Assembly (NCBI GenBank): GCA_043228905.1
Contig: JBHGNT010000021.1
Coordinates: 4,898,001-4,962,000, forward strand
Length of the DNA: 64,000 nucleotides
Direction: 5' to 3'
From: Azolla caroliniana
Taxonomy: Eukaryota; Plantae; Polypodiophyta
The notes under the pieces are model-generated. The model was not told where the DNA came from. It searched no databases and saw nothing but the letters and a program-made list of their open reading frames with translations. A program made the position numbers and the translations under genes. Each line of letters opens with the position of its first letter. Within the stretch, counting starts at the first letter, position 1. Shown in pieces: positions 1-12,675 of the stretch.

Positions 1-599
1 GGAGACGATGAATGTGGATACACTTATGCCGCTCGGCCTCTCCCTTGAGGAAGCAGAAATACAAAGAGCAACCAAACGTCCTCGGATGTTGGGTTTCAAC
101 ACAAGTCAACGTGGAGTAGAAAAGATTAAGAAGATAAGGGAACGTGAGCTACGTCGACTCGAAGCTATGGTTGGGGTACCTCTTACATGGGGACCACGGG
201 CCACATCCACATGGCAACCCTTTGACCCCCCGCTTCTCTTCGAGAGACTTGGATGGAAATGAAATTAGGCCTAGTATAGAATCATTCTCATTGTAGAACA
301 TGTTTTTTATATAGAACATGTTTGTTGTTTTCTTAGAACTATTTAGCTTAAACTCTATTTTATCTTATTTTTATTTTTACTTTCGATGAATGGGTAAATA
401 TCCCATTTTTGTTGTACACCATTTGTCTCATGGGCCAATTTTGGCCTTAGAAGACGTTAATATATCTTTCTTTCTTTCTTCTTTCTTCTCTCTCTCCCTC
501 TTGTGTACCAGTTATATTTCTGTCTATGTTGCCATTAATCCACCTTGCTTGCACACGCTTATGATCTTCTTCCAAAAGAGTACTGATTTTGTTCCGCAG

Positions 600-2862
600 T
601 AGATGATAGTGTCTCCAACACAACGCTCCTCGACCCCTCAGGTTCCGCGCTCCTCAACCCCTATAGTTAGTACGTCTTCTCTTCAGGCCCTTCTCAGCTT
701 TCTCATTGTTGCGACATTGGCACCCTTTGACCCATCAGATCCCCATATTGGCGTGAGCTTCAACTACCTCCTTGTCTGCTTGGCCTTCATGCGATTTGGC
801 TAGTCCGAATCATACCATTCAACCGAATTAGTTGTCTTTGATTCATCTTCTGTCCTGTCTAAATCGGTTGTATCCGACTACATCTGCCCACGTCTTGGTC
901 CTCGCCTTCTTCTTTCGGTTGACTCTTTCCTTCTTGACTCTGCCACCTCTGGCTCTCACTCCCCCTTGTCTAGTTGATTCTGACTCCGGCTTGTTCTAGT
1001 GGCCACTCCCCCTACATTCGTCCTCGACTTCCTTAGTCGTCCTGAAATCGAATTCTTCATCCGATTCGGTTTTTCGGACTTCATCTTTCTCCCTCGCACT
1101 CTCACTTCCCCCCCTCAAGTTCGGCATGTCGAGGTGCTGCAAGCCAAGCATACTCGAAAATTGTTGTAACTTGTCTAGGCTGAGAGGTTTGGTGAGGATA
1201 TCGGCAACCTACTGATCCGTCAGAACATACACAAGTTCGACTTCACTAGAGAGAACTCGCTTGAGGACAAAATGATAGTGCACCTCTATGTGCTTTGTCC
1301 GGGCGTGAAAGATGAGGTTCTTGGCTAGTTGGATGTTGTCGAGATTGTCGACTTAGACACCTCCAAATGCAGATCCTGCAAGAGCCTTTTGAGCCATGTG
1401 GCCTCGCATGTCATGACAGTCACTCGGAACTCCTCAATATTCGGCCTTGGTGCTCGATAGTACAAATATCAGCTACTTCTTACTGCTCCATGCGATCATT
1501 GCACTTCCCAAGGAAAAAGTGTATCCGGAAGTCGATCTACAATCACCAACATTTGTGGCGCAATCATCATCCATGTAGCCAACAAGCTGTTCGGCTACAT
1601 CGGTTCAATATAGCAACCCTCTATCCTTCGTGCCGCTCACATATCGTAAGATTAGATGCGCGCACTGAAGGTGGTCGATCGTCGGTTGCGACATAAATTG
1701 ACTGATCAGACCGACCGGATAGCTGAGGTCCGTCCGGGTAATGGTCAAATATATAAGGCTCCTGACAATCAGTCGGAACTGTGTCATGTCACAAGTCGAC
1801 CCCGATTCGAGGTGAAGCTTGACATTCCGGTCCAGAGGAGTTGCGACGGATTTACAATCCGTCATCCCGAACTTGAAGAGCATACTCAACACAAAATGCC
1901 ATTGGCTGATCAGTATGCCTTCGGGGGTGCGGATCACTTTGATCCTGAGGAAGTAGTGAAGGTTCCCTAGATCCTTCATATTAAACAATGTTACCAATTG
2001 GGACTTTAGATGCTCGATTTCTTCTAGGTCGGCGTCGGCGATGACTAAATCATCGACATATAACAAAATACTTACTGGTCCATTCTGACCCTACCTTATG
2101 ACCAACGAAGAGTCTAATTTCGATGGAGCAAACCCATCCTACGCAACCTCTACATGATCTTCGTGTTCCAGACACGTGGGGCTTGCTTAAGTCCGTAGAG
2201 AGACTTCTTTAGTCTGCAAACTGCCGATGTGTTCAGTTCGGATAGAAATCTAGGGGGTTGTACCATGTATACCTGTTCCTCAAGCTCGCCTTGCAGGAAC
2301 ACATTCTTTACATCCATCTAATGTAGATGCCACCCCTTTGCTGCCACTACCGCTACCAAGACATAGATGATCGTCATCTTCGCGATCAGCGTAAAAGTCT
2401 CATCATAATCGATGTCGTGTTGTTGCGCATAGCCCTTTTTTTTTTCGTAAGTACCTTACCCTAGTGGTAAGTTGTTAACACTACAAGCATTGTGTCGTGG
2501 GTTCAAAACCCAATCTCCTCACCTCTCTATTATATACTTCATATGCTCTTATAATTCATTAGATGCCACTGTGGAATGTAGGGGTTCAACCCATGACCAC
2601 CTGGTCTCCATTGCGCAACCTTACCAACTGAGCTACATCCATCTGGGCTTGCGCATAGCCCTTGGCCAGTTGTGTCTTGTATCGGTTGACGGAGCCGTTG
2701 GAGTTGTACTTAACTTTATATACCCACTGACATCCGATCGGTTTTACACCCTTGGGGGCGTCAACCAAGTCCCACGTCTTGTTTGTCGTTAATGCACGCA
2801 TCTCTTCCTCCATGGTGTCATGCCAATTCGCATCCTTCATCGCCTTTGTGTAGCTCTCCGGT
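600..2862 (-). mobile_element. Degenerate Ty1/copia remnant (RT-RNaseH plus 3' extension), related to copia D; no LTR recognisable
   Basis: Minus-strand ORFs 2586..2879 (PESY..W...MEEEMRAL..NKTWDLV..PKGVKPIGC.WVYK) and 1605..2066 (LYVDDL, MKDLG, L.YL..TR.DLSY). KHIEVHYHF at about 1270-1300 and PPT-like CCCCCCTCAA at about 1107-1118. Many stops and frameshifts. Confidence 0.9.
2438..2648 (-). mobile_element. tRNA-derived SINE inserted in the copia RT
   Basis: 15-bp direct repeat TTGCGCATAGCCCTT at 2423-2437 and 2649-2663. T-run 2436-2445 is a poly(A) tail on the minus strand. The minus-strand head GCCCAGATGGATGTAGCTCAGTTGGTAAG carries a box A (2624-2635) and a box-B-like GGGTTGAACCCC (2581-2592). 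Confidence 0.88.
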
Positions 2863-2899
2863 GCCGTGTGGTTCTTCACACAAGTGTGGCATATAGATA

Positions 2900-4578
2900 C
2901 AAAGAGCCAAAGAGATGCAGCCTATACGAGTTCGACCAATGGGTATCATCATTAAAGACCCACCAAAGTGCCATGCATGCGTTCATTGAGTTCAAGAGTC
3001 TCTTTGCTCAACTCTCGAAGTGGGATCGAGGATTGGTGGGGGTGAATAAAGTCCTTATGTTCGTGAAATCGATAAATCTGAAGGAAAGGAATGCCATTGG
3101 AATTTGACTGGAGGATGAAGATGGTGCAAATGGCCTCACCGAAAATTGGGCCTATGTTGAAAGAGTATGTCGGCAACATGACAAGAGAAAGATGGGAATC
3201 TTGTTGACGACATCATGTTCTATGAGGGACGATCAAAGGAGGATGAGATGTGGCAACATGCCACCACCAAAGGAAGAGAGCTCAAAGAGAGAAGATTTGA
3301 AGACACTCAACATAGAAGCTTTGATGAGAGAAGTATTCGAGAACTTAAAAGCGCAAGTCGATGTTGAAGAGGAGTTTATAATGGAGCCAAAACTGATGCA
3401 AATGGTGATCAAGGAAGAAGAGACCTCCCAACAAATGTGGAGTAATAATATGGCCAATATGAAGGCCCAGGTTCGGTACGACAGTACCATGGGAGCTGTG
3501 GAACAAGCCACCTTCTCAACTTATGGAGGAACGATGGTCAAGAGAATGGCCGAAGTCTCGAGAGCGGGAAATGCTGCTTTGAGAGTGGACAAGCGTTTCA
3601 GAACACATGTTGTGTCCGAAACATCAAGTGATGAAGAAGCAAGCATGAGAAAAGCTTGCGCGATCGAGGAAGACAATGGGTACGAGGCCCATGAGTCTGA
3701 AGAGATAGTCGTGGAGAATAATGTCGAGGTGAAGAGGGTAGACGACGACCATGAAGAGACTTTCCTCACAATGGTTCTAGAGACTTGGGCATTAACTAAT
3801 GTAAGACCCAAGAGATGGAAGGTGGTGGTGAGGAAGCAAAGGTCAAAGTCGATACGAATAACCTCAAGGTGGATGCGACTAAGGGTAGCACGACAAAGAC
3901 AGACTACAAAAATGTATGGATCCCTCCACACCGATTCGAGAGACTTGGGCATTAACCAAGGTCAGACCCATGAGAAGGACAATGGCGACAAGGAATCAAG
4001 GGCCGAAGCTGATGTGTGTGACAGAGAGATAGCAAAAGAGATGGCTATGGACAACATGACAAAGGCAAAAGTCAATAAAGATGAGAATCCCTCCACACCG
4101 GTTCTGGAGATTTCAGCAGTTGTGCCCGAGAGCCAACATAAGACCAGAGAGATGGAAGGTGGCGGCGAGGAAGTGAAGGTCAAAGCTAATACATATGATG
4201 AAGAGGTCAAACAAAGCACAATAGTGCACGACGAGGGCCAAACGAAGGAAGTGAATTCGAAGGGCGTTCCTTGGGATTTGGTCACAATATCTAACTTGAA
4301 AGAGGACACCATTACGAAGATCGAACCATCGATGGTCAACTCTCACATGAGAGCATACTATGAAAAAGGAAGAAGTGGAAAACATGCTATCTGGTTATCT
4401 AAGGGCCTAAATGTGAGCATGTACTTAAAGCATGGGCTACAAGGAATAGTCAAAGTCGATGTTCCGATGAGGCCTAACAAAGACAAGCTTGGATTGACGG
4501 AAGAACGAAGATTGAAGTGTCTTGTCCATGAAGATGCGATTTGGTGGTTGATGATGAATATGTGCAAGATGAAATGGA
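2900..4578 (+). pseudogene. Gag-like domain plus acidic repeat-containing ORF of the W-lineage element (continues 20566-21111)
   Basis: ORFs 2820..3107 and 3192..4667; homology to ORF 44981..46327; internal repeats at about 3766, 3918 and 4085. Confidence 0.7.
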
Positions 4579-4610
4579 TGACAGGAACTACATGCTCCCT
4601 ATGCGCAACG

Positions 4611-5043
4611 TGTTACCGGCCGACAAAGGAGTCCAGAGTGGGAAACGGAGAGCTAATTAAGGAGTAGGAATGTGGTTGTAATTAAGCTATGAGTGTGGAC
4701 GAACGGACCGGAATCGGTATGTCGTTCCGGATTCGGACCGATCCCGAACATGTGCGGATGGCACCGTTTTGTAATACAGACCGGAAACCTATTTAAAGGC
4801 CCGGATACAATGTAATAGTTAGCGGTTAATTAATGAAAGCTTAAGCGTTGTTATATCTCTGTGTTAATTGCCGTTCTGTCTTAATTGTTATATCTTACGC
4901 ATGTTATGAAGAAGATCCTAATAAGTAACTTAACTAAGTCGGATTAAGCGTTGAAGTCTAATCCGGTTGCCGTAACACCCTTTGGTGAAGTGTCTCCCGT
5001 AGACACCCTGTGTTAGGCCATTGTCCGGCCCGAAGAGTTAACA
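4611..5043 (+). repeat. Gypsy 5' LTR
   Basis: Direct repeat of 19484-19916 with about 12 substitutions counted by eye. Confidence 0.96.
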
Positions 5044-5050
5044 AAGTTTT

Positions 5051-5060
5051 TGGCGACCAC
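5051..5060 (+). promoter_or_regulatory. Primer-binding site, probably tRNA-Arg
   Basis: TGGCGACCAC, 7 nt after the LTR, complementary to a ...GUGGUCGCCA tRNA 3' end. Confidence 0.65.
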
Positions 5061-5096
5061 GATTCCTGTTTTTGCAGCGAACGACGGCACAGATGG

Positions 5097-7892
5097 ATGT
5101 CTAGATCAACGCAAGACCTGGTTACAGATCGAACTCGACGCCTTGCCGAAAGGCAAAGGAGACGCGAGGCTTTCCAGCAAGCGGCGCAGGAAATTAGAGC
5201 GGATCGCTCGTTTTCCAACGTAATCCGGAGAGTAGCGGAGGACTCCCTCTTGTTACAGCAAACATCGTACCCGGGCGACGACAACAGCCTAAGCAGCCTC
5301 CGGGAAACCGAATCCCTTCTCCACGCATTGGCAAACGGAGAAGGCGAAGCAGAGGCCTTTTCAGCATATGAATCGGACTCCGAAGGGGAATACAACGTGC
5401 ACACGAACTACCGTAGCAGCAACGAAACCCCGGGCGGACCGGAGGACGAAGGATCGGATACCTTACCGACACCGGAACCGGAATCGGAAGTGCTAACGCT
5501 GGAACCCCCGGAACCAGTAGAAGAAGAACGACCTCCGACACCGGAAGTCGAAGAGGAGAGGCCTCCGTCACCAAAGGAAGAGAAACAACTGACACCGGAA
5601 TCAAATCGGGAAAGACCACCGACACCGGAGAAAATTCCGGAACGAGCACCAACACTACCAGCCCGCGCACCGATACCGGACGACGACATGCCGTTCCAGT
5701 ACTCCAAATATAGAGATGATCCGGACGCGGAAGCTCATGTGCACGCCTTTGAACAGACAGGGGAAGCCAACCATGTGTCCCAGCGATTGACCCCAGAAGA
5801 AGAAGAACGCTCTAAGATAGCGGAATTTGGCATCACATTGGAGGGACCAGCAACAAGATGGCGCCGGACGCAGGACCCGTCTACCATCAACACCTTTGCA
5901 GATTTAAAAGCTAAATTCATGCATTTTTTTCAAAAGGAGGTGGACCAGACCGTAATGATAGGTTTATTTTATACCATCCGGCAAGAGGCAGGGGAGAGCA
6001 TTCCCCAATTTGTCATCCGGTTTCAACGGATGCATAGTCAGCTTACCCGTGCACCCCCAGAGGAGGAATTACGGACGATATTCCTAAACGCGCTCCGGGA
6101 ACCCCTACGCACGGTTTGCACGGTAATCGATTTCCGCACAAGTACCATCGACCAGGTCATTGACCGGGTGAAAGAGATGGAAAAGACAAGCTCCTGGCTC
6201 ACACTGGGCGCACTTCAATGGGCGTTACCGTCCGATGAAGACCTCCGGTTTCGGCAAGCAATACAGTGCACAACCTGCTTGAATTCCGGACACTCGGCTC
6301 TAGAATGCACCATGAGGACGCAATGTGTAATCTGTCAATCCAAGAGCCATACGACGGATAGGTGCGAGTATAATCTGTTGACTCGGCAAGCACCGCCCGT
6401 CCGACAAATTGAGCCACGCAGTAGCCGGGATGAAGAAGACGAACGCTGGCGGCGAATGGACCGTGACTGACCGACATAGGATGTCCGGTATGGCGAGCGA
6501 CGGGAAAATGATGTCCGGTATGGTGATCGGCGAGAGAACTATGACCGGCATGATCGGTACCAGGATTACAATAGACGATACGAACAGTACGACCGGGAGC
6601 ACTCCCCCGGGTATCGTCAGCAACGGGAGGAATACGGCAGATATAACGGGCAACCCCGTCAAGAGTACCGTAATAAGAAAAGCTATAACAAAAAACGGCA
6701 TTTTAAAAAAGGCGGCTACCCTCGGGATCCGGAACAAGGAGCTCCAAGTAGCCAACCGGTACAAAACCCTGCGCGTACCGTAGGACCTGCCCCGGGCACA
6801 ACAGACAATGCCGAATCTAGCAATGCCCAGAAGGCCTACTGCTACTACTGCCGACAGGAAGGCCATTATAGTAACCAATGCCCGGTGAAGAGCTATGAAA
6901 AACGACCAGCGGTAAATATGGTAGTCCCTGAGGTGGCAGACCTGCAGCAGGTGACCACAAGGTCGAAGGGCATGGCCAAAGAATGGGAGACACAGGAGAC
7001 CATTCAGAAACAAGCAACGGAATGGGTAAAGAAAGCAAACGAGCAGAATGTCACAGACTTACAGCAGCAAAAGGAGAACACCGCAGGGCTTGCCAGCGGT
7101 AGTCACTCCGAGAACGAGACATGGCAGGCGTTGCAAGAATGCCAAATTACGTTACCACTGGGAAGACTCCTACAACTCGTGCCTAGATTCACGAAAGGAC
7201 TGAAGACGGCCATGACGGCAGGAGAACCATCACCGGCACCGATACTCTTCTCGAATCCGGAGGAGGGACCAACAGTGGTAGACACTAGCAGTCCGGTAAT
7301 CACTGCCATTGTAAAAGGGAAAGAACTCCCCGACACAGTTATAGACGGAGGCTCTGGGGTAAATGTAATAAGCCTCCGGACGTGTGAGGACCTAGGAATC
7401 CATGAGTGGGAGCCGTGTCCGTTCTGGTTGCGGATGGCCGATACAAGCTCAGTGCGGCCGACAGGATTAATACGGAAATTAGAAGTCACCGTCGGCGGGC
7501 ATACATTTCACATCTCGGCCGTAGTGCTACAATTACAGGCACAAGGCGCATACCCGCTATTGCTGGGGCAGCCATGGTTGAAAACGGCACATATCAAACA
7601 GAATTGGCGAAAAAATATAATTACCTTCCGGCGAGGAAAAGCCAAGGTACGGGTACCAACACAGCCAAGGACGAGCACTGGCAAGGAATGTACACCGTTG
7701 TATGCGGAATGCGTCAACATGCTAGAAGGGTTAGCGGACGAAGAAGAAGCTCAATACCTGCAGGAAAACCCGAAGATAATACCCCTCTTCGAAATTGACA
7801 TTGCCGAAGCCGTAGCACCGTACTTACCGCAACCGGAAGAGGCGGAAGCAGAACCGGATAAAGACGCAATCCGGGAGTTACGGCAAGCGTAG
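5097..7892 (+). pseudogene. gag: Gypsy gag plus aspartic protease (stop/frameshift near 6470)
   Basis: Retrotrans_gag-like segment (IRQEAGESIPQFVIRF); CCHC knuckles CTTCLNSGHSALEC, CVICQSKSHTTDRC and CYYCRQEGHYSNQC (6840-6881); protease motif VIDGGSGVNV...LLLGQPWL. Confidence 0.9.
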
Positions 7893-10860
7893 GAAGCGTT
7901 GGAACGGGAAATGGCCGTTTCACAACGCGTAAAAGCATCGCAACTGGAAGAGGTGAATTTAGGCACCACGGACGAAGCAAAACCGGTGCACATTGCCAAG
8001 GAGATGAAGTCCGAAGACAAAACGGTGATGATCACCTTCTCACGGAATTCCGGGATGTGTTCACCTGGTCATACGAAGATATGCGAGGACTAGACCCTCA
8101 GTTATACCAGCATCAAGTACACTTGAGCAAGGACGCAAAACCAGTGGCACAAAGACGGTACCGGATGAATCCCAATTATGCTGCCAAGGTCAAGGAAGAA
8201 ATCGACAAACTGCTAAGAGTTGGCTTTATCCGTTCGGTTAAGAAAGAGACATGGCTGAGCCCGATCATAGTCGTACCGAAGAAGAACGGAAAAATTCGAG
8301 TTTGCGTGGACTACCGGAAACTCAATGCGGCTACGGTAACGGATGCGTTTCCACTTCCGTTCACAGATGGAGTGTTGGATGCCGTCGCCGGCCATGAGGT
8401 CTATAGCTTCCTAGATGGATTCAACGGGTATAATCAGATCCGGATGCCCCCGACGACCAGGAGAAAACGGCATTCGTCACCGAATGGGGGGTGTTTGTGG
8501 CCGTGGTGATGATGTTCGGACTCAAAACGGCACCGACAACATTTCAACGAATCATCATGGAAATCTTTGGTGAATATATCCCGGCTTTTATGCAGGTTTT
8601 CCTTGACGATTTCGCCGTCTATAGCCGGGAGGAGGACCATTTTCAGCACCTCCGTCTTTGTCTAGAAAAGTGTAGAGCGTACCGGCTAAGCTTGAATCCA
8701 ACAAAGTGTGTATTTGGCGTGTCCAGTGGAACTTTATTAGGACATATCGTGAGCCAGGAAGGTATTGCAGTCGACCCAGACAAAGTGAAAGCCATATTAG
8801 AAGCACCGGCGCCGGCAACGACAAAGGCATTAAGCCGGTTCTTAGGCCAGATCCGGTGGCACAGCCGGATGCTCCGATACTTGGCCGACCTGGCTACACC
8901 GTTGCATGCCGCCGTACATCGGACACCATTCCAGTGGACCGATACTGAGGATAGGGCGTATAAGGCCCTCAAGGTACTATTGTCGCAGGCACCGGTAGTA
9001 CAACCTCAGGATTGGAGTAAAGAATTTCACGTGTTCGTGGACGCCTCCGACATCGCAATCGGAAGCGTACTGATGCAGCTTATGGAACCAAAGTGGTACC
9101 GGCCAGTGTACTATGCCAACCGAAAGCTATCCCAAGCAGAACGGAACTACTCTACTACGGAACGGGAAGCCCTAGGGATGATCTACAATGTGACAAAGTT
9201 TCGGCACTATTTATTGGGAAGGAAGTTTTCCTTCCATGTAGATCATTCAACACTCCTTTACCTGGTGTCCAAGGCGTCACTCACCGGCAAATTGGCCCGG
9301 TGGACCTTACTGTTACAAGAGTTCGAGTTTGAAATATTCCACCGACCCGGTATACAACATGCCGTAGCGGATTACTTAAGCCGATTGGAGTCCGGAGAGA
9401 CGGGTGACGGAGTACCGGATGAGTTTCCGGATGCGGAGCTGTTTCGAGTCACTACGGAGACGGCAGCAGATGAGACAGTGGCCCAAGAAGACAAGTGGCT
9501 CACAAATATGCACCAGTTTCTGAGCACAGGACTGCCTCCGGAAGAGCTGAATCGGGACGAACGGAAACGCCTGGCGGTACAAAGCCGACATTTCTGCTTA
9601 CTGCAAGACACACTGTACCACAAGGGAGCTGACGGCATATGGAGACGGGCGGTGCGCAGCGATGAAAAGGAACTGATACTGAGGGAAGCCCACTGCGGAG
9701 TTGCCGGAGGTCACTATGCCGGAGATGTGACAACCAGAAAAATATGGCAAAGTGGCCTATGGTGGCCAACGACATTAAGAGATGCGGTACGGTATGCAAA
9801 AAAATGTGACCTATGCCAGAGAATGGGCCAGCCAACGGAGCAGGCTCGTATGCCACACCAACCGGTACTACCACTCGAGCCATTCCAAAAGTGGGGGCTG
9901 GACTTTGTAGGACTGTTCAAGCCACCGGCAATGAGAACGGGTAATCGGTACGTTATCGTTGCTACGGATTACTGCACGAAATGGGTGGAGGCTAAAGCTT
10001 TACGGGATAACACCGCTGCGTCAACGGCAAAGTTTCTATATGAGTACATCTGGTGCCGTTACGGATGCCCCATTGAATTGATAAGTGACCAAGGGGGGCA
10101 CTTTCTCGGACAAGTAGTGGAAAGCCTAACGACCTTCTATGCCGTGGTCCACAAACGAAGCACACCTTACTATCCACAGGCGAACGGATTAGCGGAATCA
10201 ACAAACAAGACGCTCCAGAACATCCTTCGAAAGATCGTCAACGAGAACCGGACGGATTGGGACACAAAGCTACATAGTGCGCTTTGGGCATACCGGACGA
10301 CATACAAAACGAGCATCCGAACAACACCGTTCCGGTTGGCGTTCGGACTCGAGGCGGTCATGCCGGTAGAATTTCAAGTACCTAGCTTACGGATCCAACT
10401 ACGAGAACGGCTGAACGAGAAGGAGTCGGAGACAATAAGGTTGACAGCGCTGTGTGAGCTGGAGGAACAACGGTTGGCCAGCATCCTACATTTAGAATTG
10501 GAGCAACGGCGACGGAAAGCATTCGTCGACCGACACAGGAAAGGTAACGAAAAAATGTTCGCAATCGGCAAACCAGTGTTATTATTCCAAACCCGGATGG
10601 GCAAGATGCCGGGTAAACTAAGGTTTAGATGGACCGGACCATATTGGCTAACACGGGAGTATAATGGGTCCTACCAGTTGGGGACACTTGCCGGCGAAGT
10701 GCTGGGCAAATGGGTCAACGGATTCCGGTTAAAGGCATATAGAGGACCGATGCCTAAGAACCCGTTTGAGCAAAGGACCGACGGCAACCACCAAGACGGC
10801 AAGCCGGGAACCGGAGAGAATGAGGCCGGTAAGGGTTCGGGAGGACCAACAGACATGTGA
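7893..10860 (+). pseudogene. pol: Gypsy pol: RT, RNaseH and integrase (frameshifts near 8040 and 8455)
   Basis: RVCVDYRKLN, FPLP, FLDGFNGYNQI, FLDD, VDASD, ERNYSTTERE, H-H-C-C zinc finger, WGLDFVG, SDQG, YYPQANGLAE, WTGPY. Confidence 0.95.
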
Positions 10861-12675
10861 CGTCACACTAATAATAATAATAACTGAAAAAGAAAAAAAA
10901 AAACAATAATGCAAAAGCGAGGAATGAATGGATGAAAGAGCGTGGAGCAAAAAGGTACGTAGTGGGCATTTAAAGCGCCACCACAGGACATAATGCTATT
11001 TTAAGTACACGACATGCACAAACTCGAAAAAGGCGCCAGAATGCACAGACAAAAACCATTGCGCGTAGAGACCCTCTACTTTCGCGAACCCATGAGCACA
11101 GAAGCACCGAAACGCTGCAAGATCATCAGACGAGAACCTGCGCACAGAGAACCACCGCCTTCTGAACTCTCTCTTTCTCAACCCCGCTCTCATCACCATC
11201 CATCCTCGTCACCGCAATCCGACCCCGACACAGAGATGGACCCGCAAATGCTGCCGGAAGCCGCCAAGACATGGCTGAAGCAACACGGGCTCAAGGGCTT
11301 CTTGATGATGATGGAAGTACCGCCACACAAAGAAGTCGACAAAGTGATCAAGGAAATCGATACAGAGGTCATAATGGCAGAGGCGATTCGAGCATTGACA
11401 GGCCTTCCGGAGGGAGGCATACTCACGATCGACAATCCAACCCCGGAGCAACTCATCAGGTATTTTGGTGAGTACTCTCTAGCCAGCAAGGGCTACCGGA
11501 CACAGGGCGGCGGAGATATGCTGTTCCGCGAAATTGCTCGTGTGCTCCATGAATATGGCCACGTATACCCTAGACCACCTGTCATGCCGCAGAACCGGGC
11601 AGGGATGATCATCGCCACCTATGAAGGGATCAAGGTGGATTGGCCGGTATTGATTGCAGAAGGGTTGTGTGCGGCGATCGAGATCGTCAGAGGCAAAGAC
11701 AGCAAAGAAGGCCGAGACGGACGAAGGATATGGCACGCCGTAACGCAGTGGCTCACCTTGCTGGTGCCACCCGTTCAGACCGTCCAGCCCAAGAAGCGAG
11801 GAAGAGTGCCGGACGGCACCCCAAGGACGGCTTCCAAACGGCAACAGATGTTGGCCTCTAAGGCGAGTAAGGGAAAGGCGGTGGATGCAGAACAGGCGGT
11901 AGCAGGAAGCGGAAGTCGGAAGCGCCCAACGGAGGCGCAGGAGGAACCACTGGCACGGCCCGTAAAGGTCACACTCCGTCGACCGGTGAATCGAGAAGTG
12001 GACCCCTTGGCGGCAAAACTCAATGCCAGAGCTCAAGAGGAGGAAATAGAGGAGGAGCCTATGGAGCACCTCCAGCGACGGTCGTCGGCAAGGACCGTTG
12101 AGGCAACCGGGAAACGTTTGGACCCTCAGATAGAGGGAACACCGGCTCCCCATACTGAGACTCCTACGCCAAGGAAGGAACCGGAACCGGTGCAGATGGA
12201 CCCGAAAACAGAAGCCCCGGCACCACCGGCAACACCGGCAAGTTCCATCCCGCCAGAGCCGGAAAGGTCACTGTAGCCTCCCTCGGTCAGCCAAGAAGAA
12301 GCGCAAGGGGAACCAGGACAGCAGGATGGTCCACGGGCAGAAAAGGAACTGCAACTCGGCGCAACCAGGCGGGACCACCCCTCTACAACCGAGCCCATCT
12401 ATCAAACCTCCGTGCAAGCACAACAAGGCACCGGTAGCCTGTGGCTCCGGTGGATAGGCGAACAGATAGCCGGAGCAGTGGGGTATATAGAGGCGGAAGA
12501 AAGAGCGCAAAGCGAATGGTTGCTCGTCACAACCGAACAACTAGAGACGGCCCGGTCCAGAATCCGGTGCCTTGAAAAAGATTTGAATTAGGTCACGACA
12601 GAGATGGCCAAAATACGGATCCAATCACCGGTGACTCCGGTAAGTGTACAAAATAATGAAACGGAACGACCTATA

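Noticed and set aside
8-262. 84-aa ORF at the window start
   Set aside because: No recognisable motif and probably truncated by the window edge; cannot be assigned to a gene or TE.
2575-2648. Possible tRNA gene
   Set aside because: Degenerate box B, no clean cloverleaf, and it lies within a TSD-flanked poly(A)-tailed insert, so it is a SINE head.
7890-7892. Programmed stop read-through between protease and RT
   Set aside because: The TAG is most simply a CAG>TAG deamination. The minus-strand relative has CAA at the equivalent codon, and the element carries other disabling mutations.
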